Shown piece after piece: positions 9,594 through 18,311 of a stretch of 42,650 bases of DNA. Source of the stretch: Candidatus Hodarchaeota archaeon. GTDB taxonomy: Archaea; Asgardarchaeota; Heimdallarchaeia; Hodarchaeales; Hodarchaeaceae. Position 1 is the stretch's first letter; the number at the start of each line of letters is the position of its first letter. The notes beneath the pieces were generated by a model. That model had not been told where the DNA came from. It ran no database searches and saw nothing but the letters and a program-made list of their open reading frames with translations. The stretch covers positions 1 to 42,650 of the forward strand of contig JAEOTC010000148.1 of the NCBI GenBank assembly GCA_016840035.1. The letters are read 5' to 3'. A program made the translations under genes and the position numbers.

Positions 9594-11303
9594 TCAATAT
9601 TTCCTACTACTCTTCTTATTGTGCTCCCATGCGCCTATTTTTTTCCATGGAGAATGAGGATCTAAATCCCTAATAAATGATGATTTTATATCATCGCTTC
9701 GTACAGGAATAATCTTCTTGATCGCCGCTTTCCCTTTTCCAATTGTACCGGAAACACGATCGCTTAGAACATCGAGACTCTCACGTCCCCAAGTGCCTAT
9801 TTTCTGCCAGGGGGAATGAGGATCGATTGTATTTAATATGGAAGCTGTTTCACCGTTTGTGTTGCTACTCATGAATGGTTCCATGACTTCAAACAGCGCT
9901 GCGGCTAATAACACTTGAAATGGAGTTTCTGTTTTTCCATTTTTCCATTTGTGGTAATGTTCAGTTACAAAATCGGTATGAGTATTGCCAGAAACAAAAT
10001 CTGGATGATTCAAAACTTCTCTTAGGAAGGTGATGTTTGTTGGAATCCCCAAAGCTGCGTAATTTCTTAAAGCCCATTTCATTTTTTGGATTGCATCATC
10101 TCGTGTTTCTGCGTGAACAATTAATTTTGCAATCATTGGATCGTAAAAAGTTGAAATTTCTCCTCCAGTAGTAGAAATCCCCAGATCATTTCTGATATTC
10201 ACTCCTACTGGCACTTGTACGGTTCTAATCTTTCCTGAAGTGGGGAGAAATTGTTTCTCTGGATTTTCAGCATAAATTCTAAATTCCAGTGAATGACCAC
10301 GACTAACAATATCTTCTTGCTGTACCTGCAGCTCTTGTCCTGCCGCAATTTTGATTTGCCACCGCACTAGATCGATTCCTGTAACGGCTTCCGTAATCGC
10401 ATGTTCTACCTGTAGACGCGCATTAATCTCCAAGAAATAGAACTTATTGTTTGTATCATCGAGAACAAACTCAACTGAACCAGCGTTAGTATAATTAACA
10501 GCCTTTGCTGCAGCAATAGCCACTTCCCCCATTTTATTTCTCAAATCATCGTCTAAGGCGGTTGAGGGGGTTTCCTCAATGATTTTTTGATGACGGCGTT
10601 GAATAGAACACTCTCTTTCATTTAAATGAATAATATTCCCAAAATGATCCCCTAAAATTTGAAATTCGATATGTCGAATATGTGTAAAGTATTTCTCTAA
10701 GAACACATCTCCTTTCCCAAAAGCATTTTTGGCTTCACGTCGTGCGCTTTCATATGCTGCAGAGAATTCATGTTCAGAGTTAACAATTCTCATTCCACGT
10801 CCACCTCCTCCGGCTGTGGCTTTTATGAGAAGGGGATATCCAATTTCTTTCGCTTTTTGTTTTAAGAATTTTTTATTCTTGGATCCACCATGGTAACCAG
10901 GAATTACTGGAATTTTGGCAGCTTTCATACTCTTTTTAGCTTGAATTTTGTCTCCTACCGCATGAATGGCTTTTGGATTAGGTCCAATCCAAATTAATCC
11001 TGCTTCCTGAACACGTTTTGCAAACTCAGCGTTCTCAGACAAAAATCCATATCCAGGATGAATGGCCTCAGATTTACTCTCTAAAGCAATTGCAATGATT
11101 TTATCCATATTTAGATAACTTTCAGAAGGAATAGGATTCCCTAGTGGATAAGAATAATCAGCAGCATGAACATGTACGGATTCCTCATCGACTTCAGAGT
11201 AGATTGCCACTGTTTCAATCCCCATCTCTTGAGCACCTGCTATGATACGACTCGCGATCTCTCCACGATTCGCGATAAGAATTCGGTTAAACATCCTAAT
11301 CAC
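9594..11303 (-). CDS. Biotin carboxylase (N-terminal part of a split MCC alpha/LiuD subunit)
   Basis: ILIANRGEIA, HPGYGFLSEN, KATAGGGGRGM, ERECSIQRRHQK, RLQVEH, RIYAENP and YDPMIAKL. No biotinyl domain in this ORF. Confidence 0.94.
   Translation of the reverse strand: MIRMFNRILIANRGEIASRIIAGAQEMGIETVAIYSEVDEESVHVHAADYSYPLGNPIPSESYLNMDKIIAIALESKSEAIHPGYGFLSENAEFAKRVQEAGLIWIGPNPKAIHAVGDKIQAKKSMKAAKIPVIPGYHGGSKNKKFLKQKAKEIGYPLLIKATAGGGGRGMRIVNSEHEFSAAYESARREAKNAFGKGDVFLEKYFTHIRHIEFQILGDHFGNIIHLNERECSIQRRHQKIIEETPSTALDDDLRNKMGEVAIAAAKAVNYTNAGSVEFVLDDTNNKFYFLEINARLQVEHAITEAVTGIDLVRWQIKIAAGQELQVQQEDIVSRGHSLEFRIYAENPEKQFLPTSGKIRTVQVPVGVNIRNDLGISTTGGEISTFYDPMIAKLIVHAETRDDAIQKMKWALRNYAALGIPTNITFLREVLNHPDFVSGNTHTDFVTEHYHKWKNGKTETPFQVLLAAALFEVMEPFMSSNTNGETASILNTIDPHSPWQKIGTWGRESLDVLSDRVSGTIGKGKAAIKKIIPVRSDDIKSSFIRDLDPHSPWKKIGAWEHNKKSSRKY
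9627..9824 (-). repeat. Intragenic duplication of a 36-nt/12-aa motif (DPHSPWQKIGTW at 9789-9824, DPHSPWKKIGAW at 9627-9662)
   Basis: Two near-identical peptides (10 of 12 residues) in the biotin carboxylase tail, also similar at DNA level. Confidence 0.85.
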
Positions 11304-11413
11304 TTATTCACTGTGTAGAAGTAGAGAATGGGGTTTGAAAGGACTTCTTGACAGTATAAATTCTATCTATCTCCTATCCAAGAGAGGAAATAAATGCTAT
11401 TAGTTATACACAC

Positions 11414-11486
11414 CACTATAGTGAAGTAATTATTAAGTTTCGATCATCCTTTAAAAAGACTGAGATGAAATCTCTGATTTATCTCA
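11414..11486. promoter_or_regulatory. Palindromes in the divergent promoter region (candidate operators)
   Basis: Perfect palindrome CACTATAGTG (11414-11423) and imperfect inverted repeat TGAGATgAAATC-tct-GATTTATCTCA (11461-11486). A TATA-like AAATTATAAAA lies near 11507-11517. Confidence 0.35.
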
Positions 11487-11546
11487 CCCCTTGTTCTGGG
11501 TACTAAAATTATAAAAGGACCGATAAATCTAAAGTAATCGAGTATC

Positions 11547-12308
11547 ATGTCTGTAATAGATGTCCCCTTACTTCTCCTCATTTTAAAACAGATCTGCTTT
11601 GGAAGTTTGATTTCAGGTTTATTGATCTTCTTTTTAACTTTGATTCTTCAAGGAAGTCATCTTTTTGACCATGATACAGACTTAGATCATGATATTGACC
11701 ACGATTTCGACCATGGTGTGGGAATTGACCACGGTATTGGTGATATTGAACTTGATACCGATGTAGATATTGATTCAGATATAACAGTCGGTATAGATAA
11801 AGATATTCATGTGGGTATTGATAAAGATGTGGATTTGACTGATCACGGATTTGATGCTGATACCCCGGCCCCCTTAATGCTTCTACTAGGCACTTTTATG
11901 ATTTCTTTTGGAGGAACTGGAGTTATCTTAATTGACGACTCCATTCACATTATTGTTTTATTAGCAGTGCTCATATTAATTCCTGTTGGAACAACATACC
12001 TTATCTCCAAAGTATGGGCAAGAATTGCTGTATCTGAGATCTATGAAACACCTTTAGAAACAATAAAAGTTGACGATGAGGTAAAAACTCTCACTACTGT
12101 GGATACTTATGGAGGGTTAGTGCTGATCCAAACAAGTTCAATCCATGGACCTGTTAAAATGTCTGCAAAGACAGAAACTGGGGCCATCGCGAAAGGCATG
12201 GTTGCTTACGTTATGAAAGTTGAAAAAAATTCCTTAATCATTGATGAATGGCCTTCAACAGAAAAATCGAAAAAAGAATCTCCCAAGGGATCGATTGCTT
12301 GGGAATAA
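11547..12308 (+). CDS. NfeD/YuaF-like membrane protein (flotillin partner) with Asp/His-rich loop
   Basis: N-terminal TM segments, a low-complexity DHD/GID repeat loop, two further TM helices and a C-terminal OB-fold-like domain. Sits 19 nt upstream of the SPFH gene. Confidence 0.75.
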   Translation: MSVIDVPLLLLILKQICFGSLISGLLIFFLTLILQGSHLFDHDTDLDHDIDHDFDHGVGIDHGIGDIELDTDVDIDSDITVGIDKDIHVGIDKDVDLTDHGFDADTPAPLMLLLGTFMISFGGTGVILIDDSIHIIVLLAVLILIPVGTTYLISKVWARIAVSEIYETPLETIKVDDEVKTLTTVDTYGGLVLIQTSSIHGPVKMSAKTETGAIAKGMVAYVMKVEKNSLIIDEWPSTEKSKKESPKGSIAWE

Positions 12309-12327
12309 TCTAAAAGAAAAGTAAAAT

Positions 12328-13599
12328 ATGGGTGATAAAAACAAAATGGTGAAATTATTCTTCTTACAAGGGAGTACAGGAAACGCGTTACTGGACAATC
12401 TCTGGTTAGTAATTGTCTTAGCATTTGTAATTTTCTTCTTATTTATCATATTCTTTGTATCACGTTATCGAAAATATAAAACAAATGAGTATGTTATACA
12501 TTTCCGTCGTGGAAAAATCAAAAGGGCGGGAACAGGTGGTACAGTAGTCTTATGGCCAGTATTTGATGAAGTTATTGTGATTCCTACCACTGTTCAACAA
12601 ACTTTACTAGAAGCAAGAGAAAAGGTAGTAAGTTATGAATACCAGGATGTGGCTCTAACTGCATTTGTTTATTGGCGTGTTACCAATCCGGAGGTATCCT
12701 ATTCGAAAGTAAGCTGGAATCCTGCGCGATCAGATTACGTTGAAAAAGCAATTAAAAATGCAACTGAAGCTATCATACGAACAACTTGTGCGAACATGAA
12801 AATTGAACAGATTATTCGAAATAGGGTTGAGATCATCAAGAACGTCACCAGTGAACTACATCACCTTGCTGGAGATTGGGGAATAACAGTCGAATCCGTT
12901 GAAATTAGAGACGTTGAAGTTTTAGATCAACGCCTTAAAGATAATCTTGAGGCTGTAAAGAAGATCGAAGAAGCTCAAACAGCTCAATTAAGACAAGCAG
13001 AAATGGAGGAAAGTGTCCAGCTAAGGAATTTAGATGTTCGTCAGCGGACAGGTGAACAAGATCAGACAGTAAAGTTGACTATTGAGAGGAAAGCCAAAGA
13101 ACGAGAGATTCAAATTGTACAGCTTGAACAACAACGAGCGATTATTGCAGCAGAAACAGTACGAAAACAAAAGCAAATCGATTCAGAGGCAGAGAAATAT
13201 CTCAGAGTTACTCAAGATGTAGGAGTCGAGGTCGAACGAATTCGTCAACAAGCCCTAGCTCACAAAGATCAACTACTTGCAGAAGCTGAAGGTGAGGCTG
13301 CGAAAATTAGTCAAACACAGATTGCTTACGCTCAAGGTATCTTAGAACAGGCAAAAGCGTTGAGTAAAGCAGATGAGAAATATATTCAAATGAAAGCAAT
13401 TGAGATGCTCCCTGATATTTTCAAAAATGTCGCAGTAGACAAAATGATATTACTTGGGGAAGGACAAGATGCCTATAAATCCATTGCACAAATGGTAATT
13501 CCATTCCTGGAAGTTGCTAAAGAATTAGGTTTGGCTACGAATGGAAAACCATCTGATGACAAGGAAAAAAAGCAGATCAGAAAGCGTACATCTAGCTAG
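12328..13599 (+). CDS. SPFH/band-7 family protein, flotillin-like
   Basis: Single N-terminal TM helix, SPFH core (WGITVESVEIRDV) and a long coiled coil with AEAEGEAA-type flotillin repeats. Confidence 0.9.
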   Translation: MGDKNKMVKLFFLQGSTGNALLDNLWLVIVLAFVIFFLFIIFFVSRYRKYKTNEYVIHFRRGKIKRAGTGGTVVLWPVFDEVIVIPTTVQQTLLEAREKVVSYEYQDVALTAFVYWRVTNPEVSYSKVSWNPARSDYVEKAIKNATEAIIRTTCANMKIEQIIRNRVEIIKNVTSELHHLAGDWGITVESVEIRDVEVLDQRLKDNLEAVKKIEEAQTAQLRQAEMEESVQLRNLDVRQRTGEQDQTVKLTIERKAKEREIQIVQLEQQRAIIAAETVRKQKQIDSEAEKYLRVTQDVGVEVERIRQQALAHKDQLLAEAEGEAAKISQTQIAYAQGILEQAKALSKADEKYIQMKAIEMLPDIFKNVAVDKMILLGEGQDAYKSIAQMVIPFLEVAKELGLATNGKPSDDKEKKQIRKRTSS

Positions 13600-13608
13600 T
13601 CAACAAAT

Positions 13609-13641
13609 CATTAGGATTATCATTTCTAATGGTTTTTTTTT
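13609..13641 (+). terminator. Hairpin plus T-tract terminator between convergent genes
   Basis: CATTAG-N11-CTAATG stem followed by G and a run of 9 T, about 10 nt after the flotillin stop. Confidence 0.55.
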
Positions 13642-14664
13642 CTAAAGATCTCCGAAAAGCATATTTCGTGATATCCGAATAGATTCTTTTCGTTCCCTCA
13701 TCCTTGAGAATCCTCCTTCGACCCAGTTCTTTGCTTCTTGATCTCGACCTAGCTTTCGGTATATAGAGCCGATTGTAAGATATAATACTGAATCATCTTT
13801 TAGTTGATTAGCCCTGATATAAAACTCCACAGCTTTTTCATATTCAAGTACCTGTTGAGATTTGATTGCCTTCCAGTAGAAAAGATTGCCTATTCGTACT
13901 AGTACAGAAACTTCAACGATTTCCTTCACGGTCTCTTTGTCTTCTCCATCCAAACGAGCCAAGATCTTCTCGTAACGAGATATTTGGGGAATAATTTTTA
14001 CAAAATCTTCGGGTTTGATGGTGGGACGCATGTAAAATGCTCCCTCCAGAATTGGGGTATCAGTAAACACCATTGATTCATCTAATAGGTTTGTTAGCGA
14101 TGCTTGGATCTGAGTAACATCCCGAATAATGCTTGAGAGGATCTGGTGACGTTCATGATCCATCTGTATACGTTCTAAGTCTGAAGTAGATTGCTTAATC
14201 GCCGCGGGAGTACTTTGTCCCTCAACAGAGGAAATTGAACTTTCAATGTTTTTGTAAATAAGTTTAATGAAATCTAAGGTTAGATCATCTTGAGAAGCTA
14301 CAGCATTAATATCCCTAATTAAAATCCTTTCAATCATATTATAATTTGATAAAACCCTACTTTTTGAGTCTCGAAGGAATAAAAGAAATAATGTGCAGTA
14401 ACGACCGTACTCTTGAATCCTTGGGTCTGCAGAATTTGAAGATTTTACCGTGAAGGGAAATGCAATTGCGAGCTCCTTTCGACCTGGAACTGGGAAAGAA
14501 CCGTGCAATTGGTTTAACTGATCTTGACTTTCACCTAATCCAAGCGCAGTCATAAGACTGATACTCAGTTTCATCGAGCTAGTTTCATCTAGCTTGGAGA
14601 GATTTATCTCTGTGATTGGTCCAGTATCAGCCATAACCGATAAAAGTACGCCTTCAAATAACAT
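13642..14664 (-). CDS. Putative longin/uDENN-like domain protein with C-terminal TPR-like repeats
   Basis: The N-terminus (LLSVMADTGP...GSFPVPG...AFPFTV...DPRIQEYGRYCTLFLLF) resembles Asgard longin/uDENN-like domains as recalled. The C-terminus (IGNLFY...YEKAVEFYIRA...IGSIYRKLGRDQEAKNW) matches the TPR pattern. Confidence 0.6.
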   Translation of the reverse strand: MLFEGVLLSVMADTGPITEINLSKLDETSSMKLSISLMTALGLGESQDQLNQLHGSFPVPGRKELAIAFPFTVKSSNSADPRIQEYGRYCTLFLLFLRDSKSRVLSNYNMIERILIRDINAVASQDDLTLDFIKLIYKNIESSISSVEGQSTPAAIKQSTSDLERIQMDHERHQILSSIIRDVTQIQASLTNLLDESMVFTDTPILEGAFYMRPTIKPEDFVKIIPQISRYEKILARLDGEDKETVKEIVEVSVLVRIGNLFYWKAIKSQQVLEYEKAVEFYIRANQLKDDSVLYLTIGSIYRKLGRDQEAKNWVEGGFSRMRERKESIRISRNMLFGDL

Positions 14665-14893
14665 ATGAGAATCACTTGTTTATTTCGCTCTTACGTTTAT
14701 CAAGGGCATTTTTCTTGTTCTTTTTGAAATTAGAGGTTTTTCCTTCCTTGTTTTGCACGGATATTGGTATTTTTACCTATGTTATATTTTATATTCCTAC
14801 CGATTTAAACCATTGTCTTTTGATTTTTTATAAACTTTGGTAAATCCACCTACCTTCTGATTTGTTTCTGATAGTACCCGCAATAAATTCATA

Positions 14894-16456
14894 TTATTCT
14901 GTGATTTTCTTTTTCCCCTGTTTTCTAGGAGGACTGGGTAACTCCCGCTCGGTCATTTCCACCCTTCTTCTTGAGTATTCTGCAATAGAATTTGTCAATG
15001 CGGCTTGATTAGTCGATATTCGTTTATAACTTCCCAGTGTAGGTGTATAGAGTGATTTTATGTCTAAATTGTAATTATTGAGTAAATTCCAAGAATTCCT
15101 GATTGATAGAAGATCATATAAATAATAAGCTGAGTCCATACATTCAACTATCTGCTTACGAGTTTTTAAATCAAGGTTCATAACATTGGGTCGATTTAAA
15201 ATCTCTAATAATAATTGTAAAATCTCTACTAACTCGTTAAGATCCTCCTCTGCGGGATCTTTCTTCTCAAAATAAGCTACAAGTAAATTGATTTCGGTGT
15301 TTAATCTATCTAGCTGGTATGATAGTAATTGAGTGCTACGTACGAACTTTCTTTTATCTAATCGTTTTATTAAAAGTCGTAAAGTTCTCATAGAGGCTTC
15401 AGGTTTGTATGTTTTTGTACCTAACCGTCTTAAAAAGCGCGCTAACCTTCCACTAAGCTTGAGTTGATTTGACATCTCTTTTGTTGTGCTTAAACCTTGT
15501 TTGTAATGTCGCTCCATAATTTCAAGTACAAATTGAGGTTCAATTTCTGTCGGGTAACCCAATTCGGTCAGTAAAAAATACGATTCTAGAATACGCGTAG
15601 GATTTTCTATATCCGTTAATCGTTTCTTAAGAAATGAAGAGAGTAAAAGTCGATCACTTTCGGTAAGATCGTCAAGTTTTCCTAATCGATGTATTAAAAA
15701 TGTGAATCCTACTATAGAATCTTCCACAAGTGAGGTTTCTAGTCCCTGCTCTATCAATCGAAATACAAATTCTGATACAATGTCATTCAAATGTTCTTTT
15801 GGTCCGATAATCAACGATGAAATGTCCATTAATGTGCTAAGATTATTAATCTCCTGTGGAGAGTTAGAAAACCGTTGGACTATTCGATTCATTTCCTTCT
15901 CCCCTTCTGAAGTAATTTGTTTGACGAAAGAGTAATTTTCTAACTGTGTTATTGTATCATCAGGAACCCGAAACTCCTCAGCTAATTCATTCAAGACTTT
16001 CTCAGACTGCTTCTTTCCTTGTAAACGGCCCTCTAGTAGGCCTTGCAATAATTCTTGGGGAATTTCTTCGTTTGTTTCCTTTGCTATACTATAAGATAAT
16101 GGAATAGAAATTTTTTCAAGTAAAGATTCCACACGTTCAAGCTTGCCTAAGATCTGTTGGTGTTCGTCAGTCAATTGTGAGAGAGAGTTCGTGATAAGCT
16201 GATCAAGATCTCGACGTGATGAGTAGGCCCCGAGTTCTTCATGGACTACTTCTCGTATTTGTTTTAATCTATCAGGTGTTAATTTCGTTTTCAAAAAGTC
16301 TTTCCCAAATTTTGACTCAAGCTTTCCATCAATTCTCTCCACCAAATAGGACTGTGCAATTTTTTTACGTGAAATATTTGCTGTATACTCCGCTACGACT
16401 GCTTTAATGAGCGCTGCGACAGTTAATCCTGCAAAGCCTATAAAAGGGGCAACCAC
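14894..16456 (-). CDS. Hypothetical all-helical protein (520 aa) with N-terminal hydrophobic/amphipathic helix
   Basis: Long uninterrupted Leu/Glu-rich ORF with ATG start and no recognisable catalytic motif. Confidence 0.75.
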   Translation of the reverse strand: MVAPFIGFAGLTVAALIKAVVAEYTANISRKKIAQSYLVERIDGKLESKFGKDFLKTKLTPDRLKQIREVVHEELGAYSSRRDLDQLITNSLSQLTDEHQQILGKLERVESLLEKISIPLSYSIAKETNEEIPQELLQGLLEGRLQGKKQSEKVLNELAEEFRVPDDTITQLENYSFVKQITSEGEKEMNRIVQRFSNSPQEINNLSTLMDISSLIIGPKEHLNDIVSEFVFRLIEQGLETSLVEDSIVGFTFLIHRLGKLDDLTESDRLLLSSFLKKRLTDIENPTRILESYFLLTELGYPTEIEPQFVLEIMERHYKQGLSTTKEMSNQLKLSGRLARFLRRLGTKTYKPEASMRTLRLLIKRLDKRKFVRSTQLLSYQLDRLNTEINLLVAYFEKKDPAEEDLNELVEILQLLLEILNRPNVMNLDLKTRKQIVECMDSAYYLYDLLSIRNSWNLLNNYNLDIKSLYTPTLGSYKRISTNQAALTNSIAEYSRRRVEMTERELPSPPRKQGKKKITE

Positions 16457-16622
16457 ATTTATTCACTATTAACTATTAATTCCCAAGCTCTTTAAAATAT
16501 AACTCAACATACTACTTACAGAGGACGACAAGGTAAAAATTTTTGATTCAGCGGGATCAATGAGAAAGAAAACCCATCATGAAGGTAATTTGAATATCTT
16601 TCGTCGTTTAGAGGTATCTACA

Positions 16623-17480
16623 ATGAAGAAATACTCACTTATTGACTTATGGCTTCGCGTAATTCTTTTCTTTACAATATGTGTTATTTTAATATTTAGC
16701 TTTCAGAGTTTCGTGCTTCCACTAGTAACTACAGTTTTTAACAATGGAGAGGATTATCCTCTAATTATTACAATAAATATTCAACGAGCTATGAACGGAA
16801 TCGTAGGTATTGGACTTGTATATGTGTTCTTACGCTTTGACCGGTTAAAAATGGCAGTTACAGGATTTGAATGGGATAAATCTAGAGGGTATGAATGGAT
16901 TCTTTGGAGTATTCCCATCACTCTAGCAGGTTTAGTACCTACCGTTTTTATAGAAGCTATTTTCGATATTGTTGAGCCTATTGACATCAACAACCTTCTT
17001 GATATACCTGGGATACTTCTAACATTGATAGTGACGATTTTTTTTATTGGAATTGGCGAAGAAATACTCTTTCGCGGGTATCTACAAAGGATTTTGGAAT
17101 CACGGTACTCTTTTGAGACTTCAGCTCTAGTGTCAGCTTTTCTTTTCGGAATGTTGCATTTCTGGTTAGTAGCAGCGAGTAGGGGGGGCATTTTATACAT
17201 GACCGCGATTCTCTTTAGTGCTACAGTGATTGGATTAACTTTCTCCTATACATTTAAGATTACTGGCTACAATTTGATCTTTCCTGTTGCAATACATGGA
17301 TTCTGGGACTTTTTTCTATTTATTTTTCAAGTTGTTTTCAAATATGATACATGGTTAAAGGTTATATTGGAAATTTCCGCTTCTACAGTCGGAGCAGTAG
17401 TGATCTTCCTCTTAGTACGTTACTATGCTGAAAATTATCAAAAACTACCTAATCAAAACACAGAAGAATTACCCGCATGA
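16623..17480 (+). CDS. CPBP (Abi/CAAX protease) family intramembrane metalloprotease
   Basis: GEEILFRG, LFGMLH and HGFWD motifs in a multi-TM protein. Start placed at MKKYS after GAGGT; the track gives 16560. Confidence 0.9.
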   Translation: MKKYSLIDLWLRVILFFTICVILIFSFQSFVLPLVTTVFNNGEDYPLIITINIQRAMNGIVGIGLVYVFLRFDRLKMAVTGFEWDKSRGYEWILWSIPITLAGLVPTVFIEAIFDIVEPIDINNLLDIPGILLTLIVTIFFIGIGEEILFRGYLQRILESRYSFETSALVSAFLFGMLHFWLVAASRGGILYMTAILFSATVIGLTFSYTFKITGYNLIFPVAIHGFWDFFLFIFQVVFKYDTWLKVILEISASTVGAVVIFLLVRYYAENYQKLPNQNTEELPA

Positions 17481-18301
17481 GTAAAAAACTCAATATCTCC
17501 TTACTTCAGATGAATATCGAGGTTGGCAATGTAACTTCAAACCTCGCTAAAATAAAATCTCTCGTTTCCAGAAGTGTCACACCAGAATCTAAGAAATTTC
17601 CTCACATCATATGTCTTCCAGAATTAAGCACCACCGGTTTTGATTTACACAATTACAAAAAACTCGCAGAGAAAATACCAGGAGGAGACACTACTCGTTT
17701 TTTTCAAAAATTAGCCAAAGAACACTCTGTTCACTTGATTACAAGTGTTATTGAACAATTTAATGAATCCTACTTCAACTGTGCGTTAATTATTAATTCA
17801 TCGGGGGAGATAATGACAAAATATCGGAAAGTACATCTATTTCCTCTGAAACCAATGGAAGAAGCCGATTTTTTTGACAGTGGTGATCATTTAGGTGTTT
17901 CAAATAGACAAACATTTGTTGAGATCGGTGGAATGAATGTTGGAGTTTTGATATGCTTCGACATTCGTTACCCAGAGCTTAGTCGACGTTTAACCTTAGA
18001 AGGCGTAAATCTCTTGATCTATATCGCTGAATTTCCACGTCCTCGAGATGATGTGTGGAGTGTTTTACTCCAGGCAAGGGCAATGGAAAATCAAATTTTT
18101 ATTGCAGGAGTTAATCGTGTTGGTGGTAATAATGAGGCATCATTCTTTGGTAAATCAATGGTTATTGATCCATTTGGAAACCTAATTTTAGAAGGAAACG
18201 ATCAAGAACAAATATTATTTACCTCGCTTGATCCTGATCGTCTTTCTGAAGCTAAATCCTTTATCCCCACATTGGATTTACGACGACCAAGCCAATATTG
18301 A
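17477..18301 (+). CDS. Carbon-nitrogen hydrolase (omega-amidase/Nit/YafV-like)
   Basis: LPELSTTG, YRKVHLF, ICFDIRYPE and ARAMENQ. ATGA overlap with the upstream gene. Confidence 0.9.
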   Translation: MSKKLNISLLQMNIEVGNVTSNLAKIKSLVSRSVTPESKKFPHIICLPELSTTGFDLHNYKKLAEKIPGGDTTRFFQKLAKEHSVHLITSVIEQFNESYFNCALIINSSGEIMTKYRKVHLFPLKPMEEADFFDSGDHLGVSNRQTFVEIGGMNVGVLICFDIRYPELSRRLTLEGVNLLIYIAEFPRPRDDVWSVLLQARAMENQIFIAGVNRVGGNNEASFFGKSMVIDPFGNLILEGNDQEQILFTSLDPDRLSEAKSFIPTLDLRRPSQY

Positions 18302-18311
18302 AATATAAATG

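Noticed and set aside
11667-11865. CRISPR-like or non-coding tandem repeat
   Set aside because: The repeats are short, imperfect, in frame and encode the Asp/His loop. There is no repeat-spacer structure.
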